Source: Octopus sinensis
Lineage: Eukaryota
NCBI RefSeq assembly: GCF_006345805.1
Contig: NC_043001.1
Coordinates: forward strand, 96,286,001 to 96,350,000
Length of the DNA stretch: 64,000 nt
Reading direction: 5' to 3'
Within the stretch, counting starts at the first letter, position 1. Every line of letters begins with the position of its first letter. Made by a program: the position numbers and the translations under genes. Of the stretch, positions 1 to 14,112 are shown piece after piece. Under the pieces are notes generated by a model. The model was not told where the DNA came from, did no database searches, and was given only the letters and a program-made list of their open reading frames with translations.

Positions 1-587
1 TAGCGGTGCAGAGTGAAAAATTCACCATATTATCTATTAACACATTCCTAAGGAGGTACAATGGATTAATGGATTCCATGTCGAATCTCTGGGCTAAAGA
101 ATCGTGACTTCCTCTTCCATTATTGGCTCTATTCTGCTCAATTTGATTCTTCTCACCTCCTGCTGGCCACTATATAACTGATTTGGTTCGAAGCAGCTAA
201 AAACAAGGAGAAAACTAGCGACGAAACAACGATTAGTGTTATAGTTTTATATTATTCTCCATCTCTTTCTGTCACGCCTCTCCCGCTTCCTCCATTTCTG
301 CCTTTCGCTTGCAATCTCTCTGTTCCGTTCATACTAGAACTGAATAACACATACGCATGTAAGCTGTGTATGATGCTCTCATACACTTCGTTTATGTGCG
401 ACATTTAAAAATTGATTATGTTGGAATCTGACGTAAACAAGAGTTTATTGAGTAGTTAACTACTGATAATATTTGTATATTTGATATGAATATATCAGCT
501 ACACTATTCAGGGCAAAGGCCAGTGAAACATTTCTGATAATATTGCATTTAATGTTAGAATAATCGTTAGTTTGTGGTGATAGCAAT

Positions 588-593
588 GTTTCA

Positions 594-625
<32 letters not shown>

Positions 626-858
626 AACATACATTACACACGTACATACATACAGACACACACACACACTCACGCATGCACGCACATACACAAATATATA
701 CAAACACTCACAAATATACATACCCACACAAATATATACAAAATACACAGAGACACAGACACGCACACATACACAGATATGTGAAAAAGCATATATACAC
801 ATATATACATATATATATATATATACATACATATATATATATATATATAATATATATA

Positions 859-905
<47 letters not shown>

Positions 906-975
906 TTTATATTTCCATAATTACACGCATACGTATACACACACACGCATGCGCGCACATACATATTCATATGCA
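588..975. repeat. Compound microsatellite (TACA)n/(CA)n/(TA)n
   Basis: Simple repeats visible directly; source of the YI/HT-rich ORFs. Similar tracts recur throughout the window. Confidence 0.95.
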
Positions 976-1064
976 ACAAGACGGCCTTGCCAAAGAAAAC
1001 CCCTACAAACTAAAATAATGCAACGCAAAGAAAACGGAAAAAGAAAAAAAAATTCTTCCTCATT

Positions 1065-1510
1065 GTGGTAGTTGTTATTGAAGTTGTTGTTGTTCTTGTT
1101 TTTACCCTTGTTTTTGTTGTTGTTGTTGTTGCTGCTGCCGTTCTTTTTTTTCTTCTTCTTTTTCTCGTCTACAAATACACCAGTCTATTTTCAGCTATCA
1201 GCATCGGCATTAGCTGCAGCAGCAGAAGAAGAAAAAGGAAGAAAATTAAAAGAAGTAGTAGTAGTAGTAGAAGAAGAAGAAGAAGAAGAAGAAAAACGAG
1301 AAGAAGAAGAAACTCAAGAAGAGCAATATAAAAACAAAAAAAGATGACGATATTGATGTAGCTGCTGCTGCTGATGATGATGGTGATGATGATGGTGATG
1401 ATGATGATGGTGATGATAATGATGATGATCGTGATAATGATGATGATAGTGATAATGGTGATGATGATGATGATGAGGATGATGATGACGACGACAGCGA
1501 TGCGATGCAA
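1065..1510. repeat. Compound trinucleotide microsatellite (GTT, GCT, TTC, GAA, GTA, GAT)
   Basis: Consecutive degenerate trinucleotide runs. Confidence 0.9.
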
Positions 1511-1906
1511 AAAAAGAAGAAATTTAAAAATAAATGAAATATGACACAACAGATAAGTGGGTTGGATTGCAATTCAGAAGGCGATAAAACAGGGAAAGAA
1601 TACATAGGAATTCTTTTAAAGTGCGAAACGACCCACACACACACACATACACACACAAACACACGCACACACACAAACACACACACACACGCATAGATAT
1701 ACAACAAAAACCCATATATTCCCCCCATCGCCATAGACACATATATACACATAAAATGTCATATACATACTTGGAAGCAAATATTTTTTTAGTATGATAC
1801 TTATAACTCCAGTTATTTACAATTGTTTACGTAAATATATACACTCACACATTAACACATTCATACATACCCGCATACAAACACACATATACGCATTATA
1901 TATATA

Positions 1907-1945
<39 letters not shown>

Positions 1946-1951
1946 TATTAT

Positions 1952-2023
<72 letters not shown>

Positions 2024-2229
2024 GTATACATACATACATGCATACATATATATATATGTACATACACGCACACACTCATATATATCTATATCTATCTATC
2101 TACATATGTATATATATATACACAGATATATACACGGTGTTCGAAAAAGTTCATTGATGCTTGTGTATATGTGTGTATATGCGTGAAGATTTGCGTATAT
2201 ATACTTATATATATGCATGTATACATACA

Positions 2230-2290
<61 letters not shown>

Positions 2291-2710
2291 CGTTTAAATA
2301 CCCACACATGCATATACATAGACACACATAGAGACACACACATAGAGAGACTATTAATATAGACATACACATATCAATATACATATACACACCGGAAGTC
2401 CGATATTATAATCATGGATAATGTTATCAAAATTAGTTGGATACAAACACTCTCAGGGTAATGTTATATCATCAGCTAAATGCTATTAGCCGGTTATTGT
2501 TATCTAAACGAAGTCTTGGAAAATGTATGCATATACACAGACACATTCATATATCCACTCACAAACACATATGCGTATAAATGTGTGTATGTATATATAT
2601 ATGTATATAAAACATTTATGTGTATTTCTGCATAAGTAACTAACATAAAAATGTTCGTAAATACATGTGTATATGAACATAACATATCTGTATATATGCA
2701 TATATATGTA

Positions 2711-2746
<36 letters not shown>

Positions 2747-2758
2747 ATATAGATATAT

Positions 2759-2818
<60 letters not shown>

Positions 2819-2871
2819 CATACATATATGTACATACACATATACAAATACAAACACGCACACACATATAC

Positions 2872-2926
<55 letters not shown>

Positions 2927-4109
2927 TCATATATGCACATATATATGTATGTGTGTATGTATGTATGAATTTATGCTTATGAATTTGTATACGTACTTGA
3001 GCAAAGCTGCGTACCCATAAACGTACAAACATGTGCGCACACATATGTATATACGCATACATTCTCACTCGCTCTTTTACATATATATGTTTTGCTATAA
3101 GGCATAAAAAATCAGGATGTAAACTGAACATATATTGACAAGAAATGACGGAAACTGTTGTGAAAAAGTGTAATAAAGCCGCAGAATAATTTATGAGAAA
3201 CAAAATATTAAACGGCAATAGAAAGATGTGGATTGGTAAAGTATGAATATAGGAAGAAAGAGATGAAGAAAGATAGGGGAGGAGGAGGAGGAGAAGAAAT
3301 GGACGGAAAAAAGCATGGAGCAGATGGTGGGTAAAAATGTAGAAGGCAAACACAGATAGAGAATAAATATAGAAAGAGGGAAGAGGTGAAGAAGAGGAGA
3401 GGAAAGGAGTGGAGTGGTAGAATAAATGATAAACAGAATGAAGGAAGAGAAGGTTGAAGGCAGAAAAAAAGAAAGTATTAGATTGAAAAAGATAGAGATA
3501 AGGAGATAGAGTAAGAGAGAAAGACGAAGAAAGACAGAGTGAAGAGTGAGATAGAACTAGGATAAGAAAACGAAGAAAGGAGTGAAAGGGAAATGTAGGC
3601 AGAGATAAATATCAATATTGCAAAAGGCCAAGTCACGTGTGCTCATTTTTGTTTTTCTATCCTCTGTCTTTCTCTTATATAATGGAAATATGGGAGGAGA
3701 AAGTAGTGGGTGTGCTGAAAGTGAGGTGAAAGAGAAAAAGAAGAAAGTATTACAAAGAAAATGGACCGGATAAATAGAGAAGAGAACGGGTGAGGAAGAG
3801 AGAGAAAAATATTTGCGTGAGAGAGGAAAAGAGAAACTGACTCACACACACACTTACACAGATACATACAGTCATACACACATACACACATACACACATA
3901 TATATGCACACTATTTGGACCCAATATAAGCATGATACAATTCGTGGAATGTAATATGAAGGAACTCATTCAACAGTAGAATGTAGTTATCAAGAATCAT
4001 TATTACTGTAATAACGATCGTTTCTATGTTGTACAATGTAGAGGAGGTGTAATTCTATCAACATTTCGTCAATGAACTCGAATCTTCCCACGTATTCTTC
4101 CGAGGACAT

Positions 4110-4518
4110 GTAGAAACATGCGAATTCGCCCGACAAAGTATTGATACAATAATTGTACAATACAGAAACAACCGAACGGAGTTGCGCGAAAACACCAACG
4201 CACTGCATCCTCGCAAGCATGAGTGGAGGCCTCCACAATGGCTCCAAATGTTAGGCGTCATCGTCGAGGATCTCTCCTAGCGAAAACGCATCCATAACAC
4301 ACTGCAAAAATTGTACTATGAATATTGAAAGTTATTCACTTAGATTGTATTGAACGTATATAAGAAATGGTTGTTAACTTTCATGTAGACGTTAGAGTTG
4401 TTTTTTTCTGGCCAATATTATCATGGGCGCATATAACCTTCTGGTCTATGATCTATAGTATTGCAGTCTATAAATGAAGTAAACATCGCACAGATTTTGG
4501 CTTCTGTCTAGTATAAGA
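4110..4518 (-). mobile_element. Possible degenerate non-autonomous Helitron
   Basis: Minus strand starts A|TCTTATACTAG and has a GCGAATTCGC palindrome shortly before CTAC (expected CTRR). Adjacent to a Helitron helicase remnant. Confidence 0.35.
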
Positions 4519-4689
4519 TAAGTAAATAAATGTTTGGAGAAATTAAAAACATATATACTATAATTTATTGAACTTAAGTATTACAACAAACAAAAATACA
4601 AATAGCTTTTCTTAGACGAACATAGTGTGACGTTGAAAAAATAATTCAAAGTTATTAATCACTCTGCAAATTTTATTTTGTTGGTCCCA

Positions 4690-5440
4690 TGGTAAAAAAA
4701 AACTTCCTTATAGACAATGTTTCTGGTTTTATCATTAGGGGCAAAAATGAAAATGTTGTTCTTGCTATCCACTCTGGATATCCCGATATATAATATCCCT
4801 GTGTGAGAAACAGATCTAATTGCAAACCTGTAACTTTAAAAGTCTGGCCTTGAAACTTATTAATGGATATTGTAAAAGACAAGCGTTTTGGAAATTGATG
4901 TCATTTGAACTCGAAGGGCATATTGGAAGGTATTAGAACTAAGCGAGGAATAAAAATATCTTCATCTTTTCCATAGCCAGAAATTATTGTGTCCTGTATG
5001 ACATTCCTCGTTAATTTCTTGACAAAAAGTCTTGTGCCATTGCACAGCTTTGACTGAGAAAGGTTGCGCAGGAGCATGATTGGAGTGCCTATTTTCAAAG
5101 GAAAGCAACGAGGAGGAGCTCCTGGTGGCTGCAGTGAGATTAAGAACTCAACCGGTTAATTGACTATTTCCGATTCATCCATAACAGAATCAATAAATTT
5201 GTAAGTATGTACTTTTCCTGGTAAAAGTTTCTCGTGTCTCTCACTTAAATTATTCATAGTAACGTTCTTCGGTGCCATGATTGCTCTTTCGCACAACCAG
5301 GCAGCATTTGTGTAATTTGAAATTATATTTGAGAAAACTTTTTCAATATATTCCTCAACCGAGCTGACCAAGGTGCAGAATTTTGATGGATTCAAGTCAC
5401 CTTCATGAATGATATCTAGCCTTCCTTCTCCAAGTTGCAA
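4690..5440 (-). pseudogene. Helitron RepHel PIF1-family helicase C-terminal remnant (frameshifted)
   Basis: Motifs [53 protein letters not shown] and FTISINKFQGQT lie across three broken ORFs. Confidence 0.9.
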
Positions 5441-5703
5441 AATATTATGGGTAGGTGTCTTCCATTATAGCCCCGAGCCGATCAAGTGCTGTGAGGGGAC
5501 TTGGCATACGGAAACTAAAACATACTTAAACTATATATGCATATAAGTTTGGTGATACAAACAGGAAAATACCACATGAAATATGAGTATGTGTATATGT
5601 TTATTAATATTAATTATGACCACGTGTTTCGTGGGTTGGCGCATATAACTTCCGTAAGTATTAAGACATGAAACTCACGCCTCTTGAGTCACTCTGTAGG
5701 GTC

Positions 5704-5765
<62 letters not shown>

Positions 5766-5781
5766 ATATATATATATATAT

Positions 5782-5873
<92 letters not shown>

Positions 5874-5875
<2 letters not shown>

Positions 5876-6181
5876 AGGCGCAATGGCCCAGTGGTTAGGG
5901 CAGCGGATTCGCAGTCGTAGGATCACGGTTTCGATTCCCAGACCGGGCGTTGTGAGTGTTTATTGAGCGAAAACACCTAATTCTCCACGAGGCTCCGGCA
6001 GGAGGTGGTGGTGATCCCTGCTGTACTCTTTCGCCACAACTTTCTCTCTTTCTTCTGTTGGCCTGCTCGCTTAGCCAGCGGGGTGGCGTCATTTGAAGGC
6101 TAAAACAATGCGAAGCGCATCGTGACCAGCGATGTGTAACAACATCTGATAGCCTGGTCGGTCACGGTGATCACGGTGATA
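5874..6181 (+). mobile_element. tRNA-derived SINE (family C) inserted in (TA)n
   Basis: A-box TGGCCCAGTGG and B-box-like GTTTCGATTCC, with a (CACGGTGAT)2 tail. A related head is at 28059. Confidence 0.85.
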
Positions 6182-7189
6182 TATATATATATATAGATAT
6201 ATATATATATATATATATATATCAATCATGCAGAATTATATATGTCATCGTTGAATGCTATTTAATTCTCAGGGAATCTTGACTGTGCTTGAGATTTGTA
6301 GTCCTCTAATAAATCATTCTTATATTTGTGCCACAACGCTAATGGATTACTTACTTCACAATTCAGGAGAAGAATTACAAAAAGATCTCTGAAAGAAATA
6401 TGTGTGCGTAACACTGAAACCTCAGCCATTGTTCTATCTCACTGATTGTCATCTTCTAACAAATTTAAGGTTAAACAGGCTTCTCTATAAGTACGAACAG
6501 TTTGACCATCAATCGTTCTCAGTAAAGGGAAGAAAGTCGGTCTTCTTATTTCATGAAGAGGCAGCTTCAAAAAGCTCGATGCACTGAGTAAACATTTTCG
6601 GTTGTCAAACCAAATAATTTTATTCTTGGATAACCCTCAACGTCAGATCCTATTGTGTGCGTCGTTATATTACACATATGGCATACTCATAGAAGAGTGC
6701 TCCACCGAATTTGTTTCTTTCTATGTTGAGACAAAATGGGTATTTTCGAATGAAAAGTTGTACAAATATGCTAAAGTGAGATAGGAAAATGACAGCTGAC
6801 CTCATAAATTCTGATGTGGAATACGTGAAACAAAGGAAAAATCTTGGAGTGAAATCTAAATTACTGTTTCTATTCTGAAGGTAGGCAGCGAAAAAAAGAA
6901 AACTGATCTTCTACAGATATAAATATAGAACGAAGGCAAGATAATACTTATTAATATGAAGTAATGGAGTTTATTACAGTTATACACCCCACATACATGT
7001 TATTATCTGTGTCGTTATATTACACTTATGACATACCTACAAAAGAGTGTCCCACCTATTTTGAAATAAAATGAAGAAATATAATCCTATAAAACCTATG
7101 TCCCTTAAGCGGGTTATTTATTTTCAATGCGGTTTAATTTGGTTTCCCAGGAATCCTCCTCAAGTGAAAACGTGCCCTGGCAAAATCAC

Positions 7190-8718
7190 TGCAGATTCCC
7201 TTCCAGAGTTTTCTTGCAAATGGCAGGCTGCTAAGCAAACTGAAGGAGAGAAGTATATGCTCAATCCGTAAAGGAGGAAGCAGAGCAGATGTCAAAAATT
7301 ATAGGCCTATCTCCTTGACTTCACACATCAGCAAACATATTGAACAAATAGTCAGAGGGAAACTAATCGCATTCCTTGAAGAAAACGACTTGTTGAGTGA
7401 TACCCAGCATGGTTTTCGACCAGCTAGGAGCTGCCCGACACAGCTCCTACAACACTGTGATTGGGTGATGAAGCAGTTTACTCGACAACTCAAATGTGGA
7501 CACAATATACCCTGACTTTGCAAAAGATTTTGATAAAGTTGATCATGGTATGATAGTCCACAAACTGCGCGAGTTTGGCATAGCTGGAAAACTTGAAGAG
7601 TGGTTACATTACTTTCTGAAAGGCAAAAGTCAGGCAGTGGTGGCCAATGGAACCACCACAAAGGAAACACGAATAGGAAGTGGTGTTCTACAGGGCACTG
7701 TCTTAGGGCCATTGCTTTTCATAGTGGTCCTTCCAGCTATGCCATCAGCTACCCAGATAACCACCCTTGCTAGCTATGCAGACGACACGAAAGTCTCGCA
7801 GAAAATACAAAACCCAAGCGATGTTGCACGCCTGCAGCAGGAGTTGAACGCAATTTACAAATAAGCTGAGGACAATAATATGTAGTTTAATGCCGGAAAA
7901 GTCCAAGCCATGCGCTACCAGTACCCAAAATTGAACGAAAAACTTACAGGGTATACTGGCGCAGCGGGCTTTACGATCCTAGAACCAGTGCGTGACCTGG
8001 GTATCGACATGAGTGATGATAACTCTTTCCAAGTGCACATTACCAAAATGGCGACAAAGTGCAGACGGCTGGCTGGCTGGATCCTGAGAATCTTCAAAAC
8101 CATGCTGGTCCTCTGGAGGACATTACTGCTCCCAGCTATGGTCACCCAACAGTGTAAAATTAACAGCGGACCTTGAAGCAATCCAGCGCAGCTTCATAAG
8201 GAAGATCGTCTCTTTGCAACAGTTCAGCTTCTGGGATAGGCTGAAACAGCTAAGACTCTACTCCCTGGAGCGAAGGTGGGAGAGATATGCAGTAATATAC
8301 ATCTGGAAGATCATGGAAGGGATTGTGCCAAATTTTGGCATTGAAAGCTACACAAATGTCACAACGGGTCGTCACTGCACAATGCCAAGGATCCCAACAA
8401 ATCTGTCGCTCTTCAGGACCAATTACTGCAACAGCCTGGGTTTCAAGGGCCCATAGCTTTTTTGTATTCTTTTAAAGAGCCTGAGGGAACTGCTCAAAGT
8501 GGACGTAAGTGCTTTCAAAGCAAAACTAGATGTTTTCCTGTCGAGAGTCCCAGGTGAACCTACCTCACGGCAGGAGGCGCAAATGAGGACAACGACATCA
8601 AACTCCCTTATTCACCAAATGCTAGATATCAGACACGGGTCTCAATAATAACAGTGTTGTAAAACGGCGATGTTTCAGCATGGCCACATCTTTGAGCTGA
8701 AACCGATAAAAAGAAAAG
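7190..8718 (+). mobile_element. 5'-truncated, decayed CR1/L2-group LINE (RT domain plus 3' tail)
   Basis: NYRPISLTS, QHGFRP, DFAKDFDKVDH, SGVLQGTVLGPLLF, SYADDTK, VRDLGI and LYSLERR motifs, with stops and frameshifts. Confidence 0.9.
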
Positions 8719-9039
8719 TGGTATATTAATCCGATAAAAAACTGATACCCTTAAACCCTTCATTTATATATTGTTAATTTGGTAGTGGCATATAAAAATT
8801 ATATCCCTTAGATCCTTCATTTATTTTTGAAATGCAATTTTGTACATGTTGGAAAAGGTCCAGCAGCTTTCTTTGGCGGGCCGCTAGAGACTCGAGAACC
8901 AATTCCATTGTCTTCATCGTGAAATTTTACACAAGAATTAGCTTTTAGTTTTTATATCCATGCTGTAGTTTTTCTTCATGTTGACGGACACGCCCCCCGC
9001 GCCGGACATCCATTTTTATTATGTAAATGTAAATGTGTG

Positions 9040-9245
9040 CGTGTATGTGTTTTTGTTTGTCCCCTGCACCACTTAAAAACCGGTGTTGGTTTGTTTACGT
9101 TCACACAACTTAGAGCTTTGGCGAAAATTCCTATGTAATAAGTACCAAACTCTAAGAGAAGTACTGGGATTAATGTGTTCGCCTAACCCATTTAAGGCGG
9201 TACTCCAGCATAGCCGCAGTTCAATGACTGAAAAAAGTAAAAGAC
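9040..9245 (+). mobile_element. 3' half of CORE-like SINE (family A)
   Basis: Matches the tail of the full copy at 19655-20140 (GGCGGTACTCCAGCATAGCCGCAGTTCAATGACTGAAA). Confidence 0.8.
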
Positions 9246-10592
9246 AAAACACTAATGCTATAAAACATCTTAATCGGTAATATTTTATCGGTCTGCAAGA
9301 AATTAAAAAAAAAAACAAAAGCGGGGCAAGTGAGATTCGACTGGGTTTGAACTGAGAACACGAAGATATAAAACTAAATATTAAAACAGCAACTACGACG
9401 ACAGAGTGCCTCATCTCTGCCACATACTTTCGTGTAATACACAAGAACCAATGAATAAAGATCTAAATATATAACAATACAGCATTTTTGTTTCCTCCGC
9501 TAAACAAACAAAAAAAATCTACGTATGCGCATGTGTGTGTGTGAATGTGTATTTGTGTTTAGTCCGCCATTTAGTTATCACGTAATTATTGTCTACTACC
9601 TAGCCACAGTCATTCTTTGGCTGATCGAATTTAATCACAGTTTCTTAAATGAGAAGTTGATTTTTCTCATTTATTAGATGAATATGCACACAAAAACAGG
9701 AAAATAAAACTAAAAAAAAGCATACACCAAAAAGATACCCCCTCACCACCAAAAGAAAAAAATACAAAAACATAAAAAAACTAAATTAACAAGCATGTTT
9801 TATATCGTGCCCGTTAGATAAAAATGTTTATCTCTCACTGTGATCTATTGTAGAATTTTGATCAAAACAGTTTCTTTTTCTACGTTCGTCTTTTGCTCTA
9901 TACGTTTTAGAAGCATTTTTTAAAAAATTCTATTTGCTTTTCTTTTTTTGTTTTCTCTTTTTACTCCCCATCTATGTATTTTCTGTCGAATACAAAATGG
10001 CGTCTGGCAGAAAATACGGATGCGGCTTTTAAACTGTTTCAGTTTCAATATAGCGCATGCCCGGAAATTGCCTTCCATCTATCACATCGTAAACGTCACG
10101 AGGATAGCAAATTTTGTTCGAATGAACAACTGAATAATATTTCTTTAATGACAAAGAATTTTTGGTAACAATTTTTTTTATTTCCTGAAAACATGCTGCT
10201 ATGCACGACTCCTATTTGATTTTCAATAGAAGAAATCTGTTCAATTTCTGCCAGTAGTTGCTTTCTAATATTAGAACACAGGGAGAGAGAGAGAGAGAGA
10301 GAAAGATTTGTGATTTGATCAAGTTGGTAAGATTTGAAAGCCAACCGTAATCTAAATCATAGCCATACTGTGTTAACATGTTAATGGGTAATGTTGACAA
10401 ATGATTGGATGCTGGAAACTGATAATAGAAATCTATGAACGAGTGGCTGGACATTGTCTAGATTAACTTGATAGTGGCAATAACAAACACAAGTACACGA
10501 TGTACCCACACGCAGGAAAAAGACCTGCACATACACCGCACACGCACACAAACAAACTGATACACGTATTTCTCTTTCCTTTCTTGTGATTG

Positions 10593-10654
<62 letters not shown>

Positions 10655-10985
10655 ACATACATATACAGGTGAAGTGACGGATAGATTGCTCGGGAGCTGA
10701 AAGGAGAGATTAAACAATACGATTCATCCTCTGTTATCTTGGTCGTTTTCTAATGCTCTAAACTATGGTTTCGTCAATTCGACAACTTTGTTATGGAAAA
10801 GGTAATCTTAGTGTTGCTAGGTCAATCGATTTTATGATTGGTTAAAGATGAGTCACCTACCCACTAGGCCTTAGCAAGATGAATAAAATACACAATAAGT
10901 AGCATAAATCTACATGTTCTCTTTTGTTTGCGAGTTGCAAATGGTAATATATTTATATGAATAAGTAAGTATGTATGTATGTATG

Positions 10986-11085
<100 letters not shown>

Positions 11086-11091
11086 TATATA

Positions 11092-11233
11092 GAACATTTT
11101 TTCTCTCCTTTTCTGTAGACGAGCGTAGGCTCGAAACGTAAAAGATATTTTCTATTCCTGAGCGTTATACTATTACACCTGTTTGTTTTGTACACCACCT
11201 GTCTTCTTCGTCTTTGTTTTTTTCGTAAACTCT

Positions 11234-11237
<4 letters not shown>
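11092..11237 (+). mobile_element. Short PLE-derived element with degenerate minimal hammerhead (about 11109-11144)
   Basis: CTGTAGA-c-GAGC gtag GCTC-GAAAC-GTA with A6 mutated. Lies between (TA)n tracts and is related to the elements at 31140 and 38986. Confidence 0.55.
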
Positions 11238-11278
<41 letters not shown>

Positions 11279-11347
11279 ATATATATAAAACATTATTGGT
11301 GAATTGAGGAAATGGAGCTGAACGCAGATTGAACAGAAATCGTTTTA

Positions 11348-11436
11348 TTTCATTCTACACGTGTTTCGAAAGGCACAAATTACCAAAATCCGATTGAATA
11401 ATGGGACCATATGTGTCTTTCTCTTCAGGAAGAAAA
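11348..11436 (-). ncRNA. Type I hammerhead ribozyme motif (left arm)
   Basis: Reverse complement of the motif at 11837-11925. Confidence 0.8.
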
Positions 11437-11836
11437 AAGGAAATCCGTTAGAGAAACAAAAACAGAACAGAGGCGGAGCAAAAACCAAATCGAACTATGC
11501 TCCTAAGAGCCCATGGCGAAACTGTTTATCAGTGTTTGCTGAGAACCGGTGGCTGAAGAATTCTACAGGTCAGGCATCGGTCAATCATGTGGGTGAGGGT
11601 GTATAGATGTTCTTAGTGACCGAGATAGATGTGAGGGTGTATAGATGTTCTTAGTCACTAAGAACATCTATACACCCTCACCCACATGATTGACCGATGC
11701 CTGACCTGTAGAATTCTTCAGCCACCGGTTCTCAGCAAACACTGATAAACAGTTTCGCCATGGGCTCTTAGGAGCATAGTTCGATTTGGTTTTTGCTCCG
11801 CCTCTGTTCTGTTTTTGTTTCTCTAACGGATTTCCT

Positions 11837-11925
11837 TTTTCTTCCTGAAGAGAAAGACACAATATGGTCCCATTATTCAATCGGATTTGGTAATTTGTGC
11901 CTTTCGAAACACGTGTAGAATGAAA
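11837..11925 (+). ncRNA. Type I hammerhead ribozyme motif
   Basis: TTC-CTGAAGA-[GAAAGACACAA...TTGTGCCTTTC]-GAAAC-ACGT-GTA-GAA. Stem III is the palindrome ACACGTGT; predicted cleavage after A11917. Confidence 0.85.
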
Positions 11926-13230
11926 TAAAACGATTTCTGTTCAATCTGCGTTCAGCTCCATTTCCTCAATTCACCAATAATGTTTTAATTTCAATTATCC
12001 GCACCAACGCACGGTTGCAACGCCAGATGGTTGTACCTCCAACCGTGCTGTTTACTGCTGTGATTTTTGCTACTAAGGTATCGGTTAACTTTTGATTAAT
12101 CTACAACAAGATTATTCATCTTTCTATTTCACATTATATATATATAATATATATATATATATGTATACATGCATACACATATACAATGTATATCTATACA
12201 TGCATACACATATAAGCACACACATACACAAGCGTGCGCGCACACATATACACACTCACACAGAGGAATGAAATTTGATCAAAAGAAATGGTCATATTTG
12301 GCAATTGAGACAGAGAGAACTCTGCATCAATGGTCTCTCTGTTTCTCCTCTTCCACGCAATGGGTGCTACTGATACCTGGTTATTGCTGAAAATATATCC
12401 ATACAAGAATATTGGGAAAGAAAGGTAGAATAATTAAAGAATAAAATAAATTAAAAGAAGATATAGAGCTTAGAATATTCGTCTTAGAAGACGCTATCAT
12501 TATTTCAATTGCAGCACCAACCCTGATACCAACAATTTGAAATACTTAACTGCTTTATAGAGGAAATCCATGACATTAAAAGCCTTAAAATCATCCTGAT
12601 AGTTATAAACTTCCACCGAAGATGTGATATCAACAGGCTCATAGACTCTAACAAAAAAAAAAAAAACGGAGTGTAGACGGCCTTTGAGTTTTGTATAGAA
12701 TCACGGCAATAATCACGGTGATTAGGAACGGCAATAAAAATAATACACCACCGAAGTGTTCAAACGTGAAGTGAATAACATCCTACCGGTTGGTAGCAAA
12801 CACCTCATGAAGCATTCATTTCCTAATGACCTCCTATGGGAATACAGAAATACATTGGCATATTTCAGTAAAGATCTGAAAGAGAAAGACTCAGCATGGT
12901 TATGTTTCCCGCAAACATTAGATGGACGATAATGTCAAAACGAAATGTAGTCTTTCTTGAAATGGTGGCCATTACATCACATTAGATTTCAAATGTTTTT
13001 GCAATCCGAGAGCAAGAGATAGCTACGAAATATCTAATGAACAGAAGAGACGATGAAATAACCGTGAATGTTAATGTTATCACTCATCTTTTGAAGATAT
13101 TATGCATATGATCAGCAGCTGTCCAAAAATGTCATGACACTACCGTCTTCCATCGCAACATGATGTTTACAGTATAAAATGCAATCCACAGAAAAGACTA
13201 GTCTACGATATTTATTCATCCATAAATATA

Positions 13231-13321
13231 GGCGAGGCGTGGCTGTGTGGCAAGAAGCTTTCTTCCCAACCACATGGTTCCGGGTTCAGTTCCAATGCGT
13301 GGAACCTTGGCCAAATGTCTT
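13231..13321 (+). mobile_element. 5' head of CORE-like SINE (family A)
   Basis: GGCGTGGCTGTGTGG...CCACATGGTTCCGGGTTCAGTTCC...ACCTTGGCCAAATGTCTT. Confidence 0.75.
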
Positions 13322-13355
13322 CAGACAGACAGACAGACAGACAGACAGATATATA

Positions 13356-13751
13356 TCTTTATATATAAAAGTGAAGTTGTGTGTTTGTCTCCTACGATTT
13401 AGATTCCTAACTACTCCCACATTTTGCGGTGCAGTGTAACCAAAAGCGGGTATCTTATAGTCGTGATTCATATCGAGCCCTTCTGGGTATTAGCGCGCGT
13501 CTACGATAAGTCTACGATCAAAAAAAAAAAATTACCATCATTTTTTCCCATTTTTAATGCATTTTTTTGCTATCATATAAGGGAAGTAACTCTCTAAAAA
13601 TGTATTATTAAATCTCAGAACGTAAAAAGCTACAGTAACACCCCCCTTTGTGGTTAGCCATATTGAGATGGCTATTATACTTTACATCTCTAAAAATGCT
13701 TATATAGTTATTTCCCTTACAAACCCGAGCAACGCCGGGCGATACTGCTAG
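13356..13751 (+). mobile_element. Non-autonomous Helitron
   Basis: 5' TC, subterminal hairpin CCCGAGCAACGCCGGG and 3' CTAG. Inserted between A and T with no TSD. Confidence 0.85.
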
Positions 13752-13761
13752 TATATATATA

Positions 13762-13811
<50 letters not shown>

Positions 13812-14070
13812 ATATATATATATATATATAATATATATATAATAGAAATATTAAAATTACTAAGTCTCTATAAAAGAGATTATGGCAGCGTTTACTGGAA
13901 ATTAATTGTTATCGCCATATTAATATGGCATTCTTATAGATATAAGAATAATCGCTGCCATGGTCAGCTCCATGAGGCCACCGCCATCAAGATAGCTATT
14001 GATACACGATCTGTATCCATTATAACCTTCGAACAAGGGAGGTCAGCCGCTTCACACTGCCAGTCCGACA

Positions 14071-14112
14071 GCTACAGACGCGTTTCGGGGTATTGCCCCT
14101 TGTCAATGTAGC
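14071..14112 (-). ncRNA. Type I hammerhead ribozyme, U3:A8 core variant
   Basis: Reverse complement of 14504-14545. A truncated third copy is at 14434-14460. Confidence 0.8.

Larger units (their letters stand above)
11286..12135. mobile_element. HHR-bearing non-coding element as a ~335-bp inverted repeat (arms 11286-11620 and 11654-11987), flanked by (TA)n
   Basis: Arms are near-identical reverse complements; the ORF track shows the same peptide on both strands. Each arm carries a hammerhead. Confidence 0.85.

Noticed and set aside
416-592. ILSVVNYSINSCL resembles a GPCR TM7 segment
   Set aside because: Too short, followed by a stop, with no splice sites or other helices found.
2395-2500. 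Minus-strand CTGATGA
   Set aside because: No matching GAAA or stems found.
5874-5950. tRNA-like sequences here and at 15907, 19655 and 46903
   Set aside because: SINE heads that continue into SINE bodies with no complete cloverleaf.
6650-7062. ~60-bp diverged local direct repeat (about 6655 and 7008)
   Set aside because: An old short duplication with no further structure.
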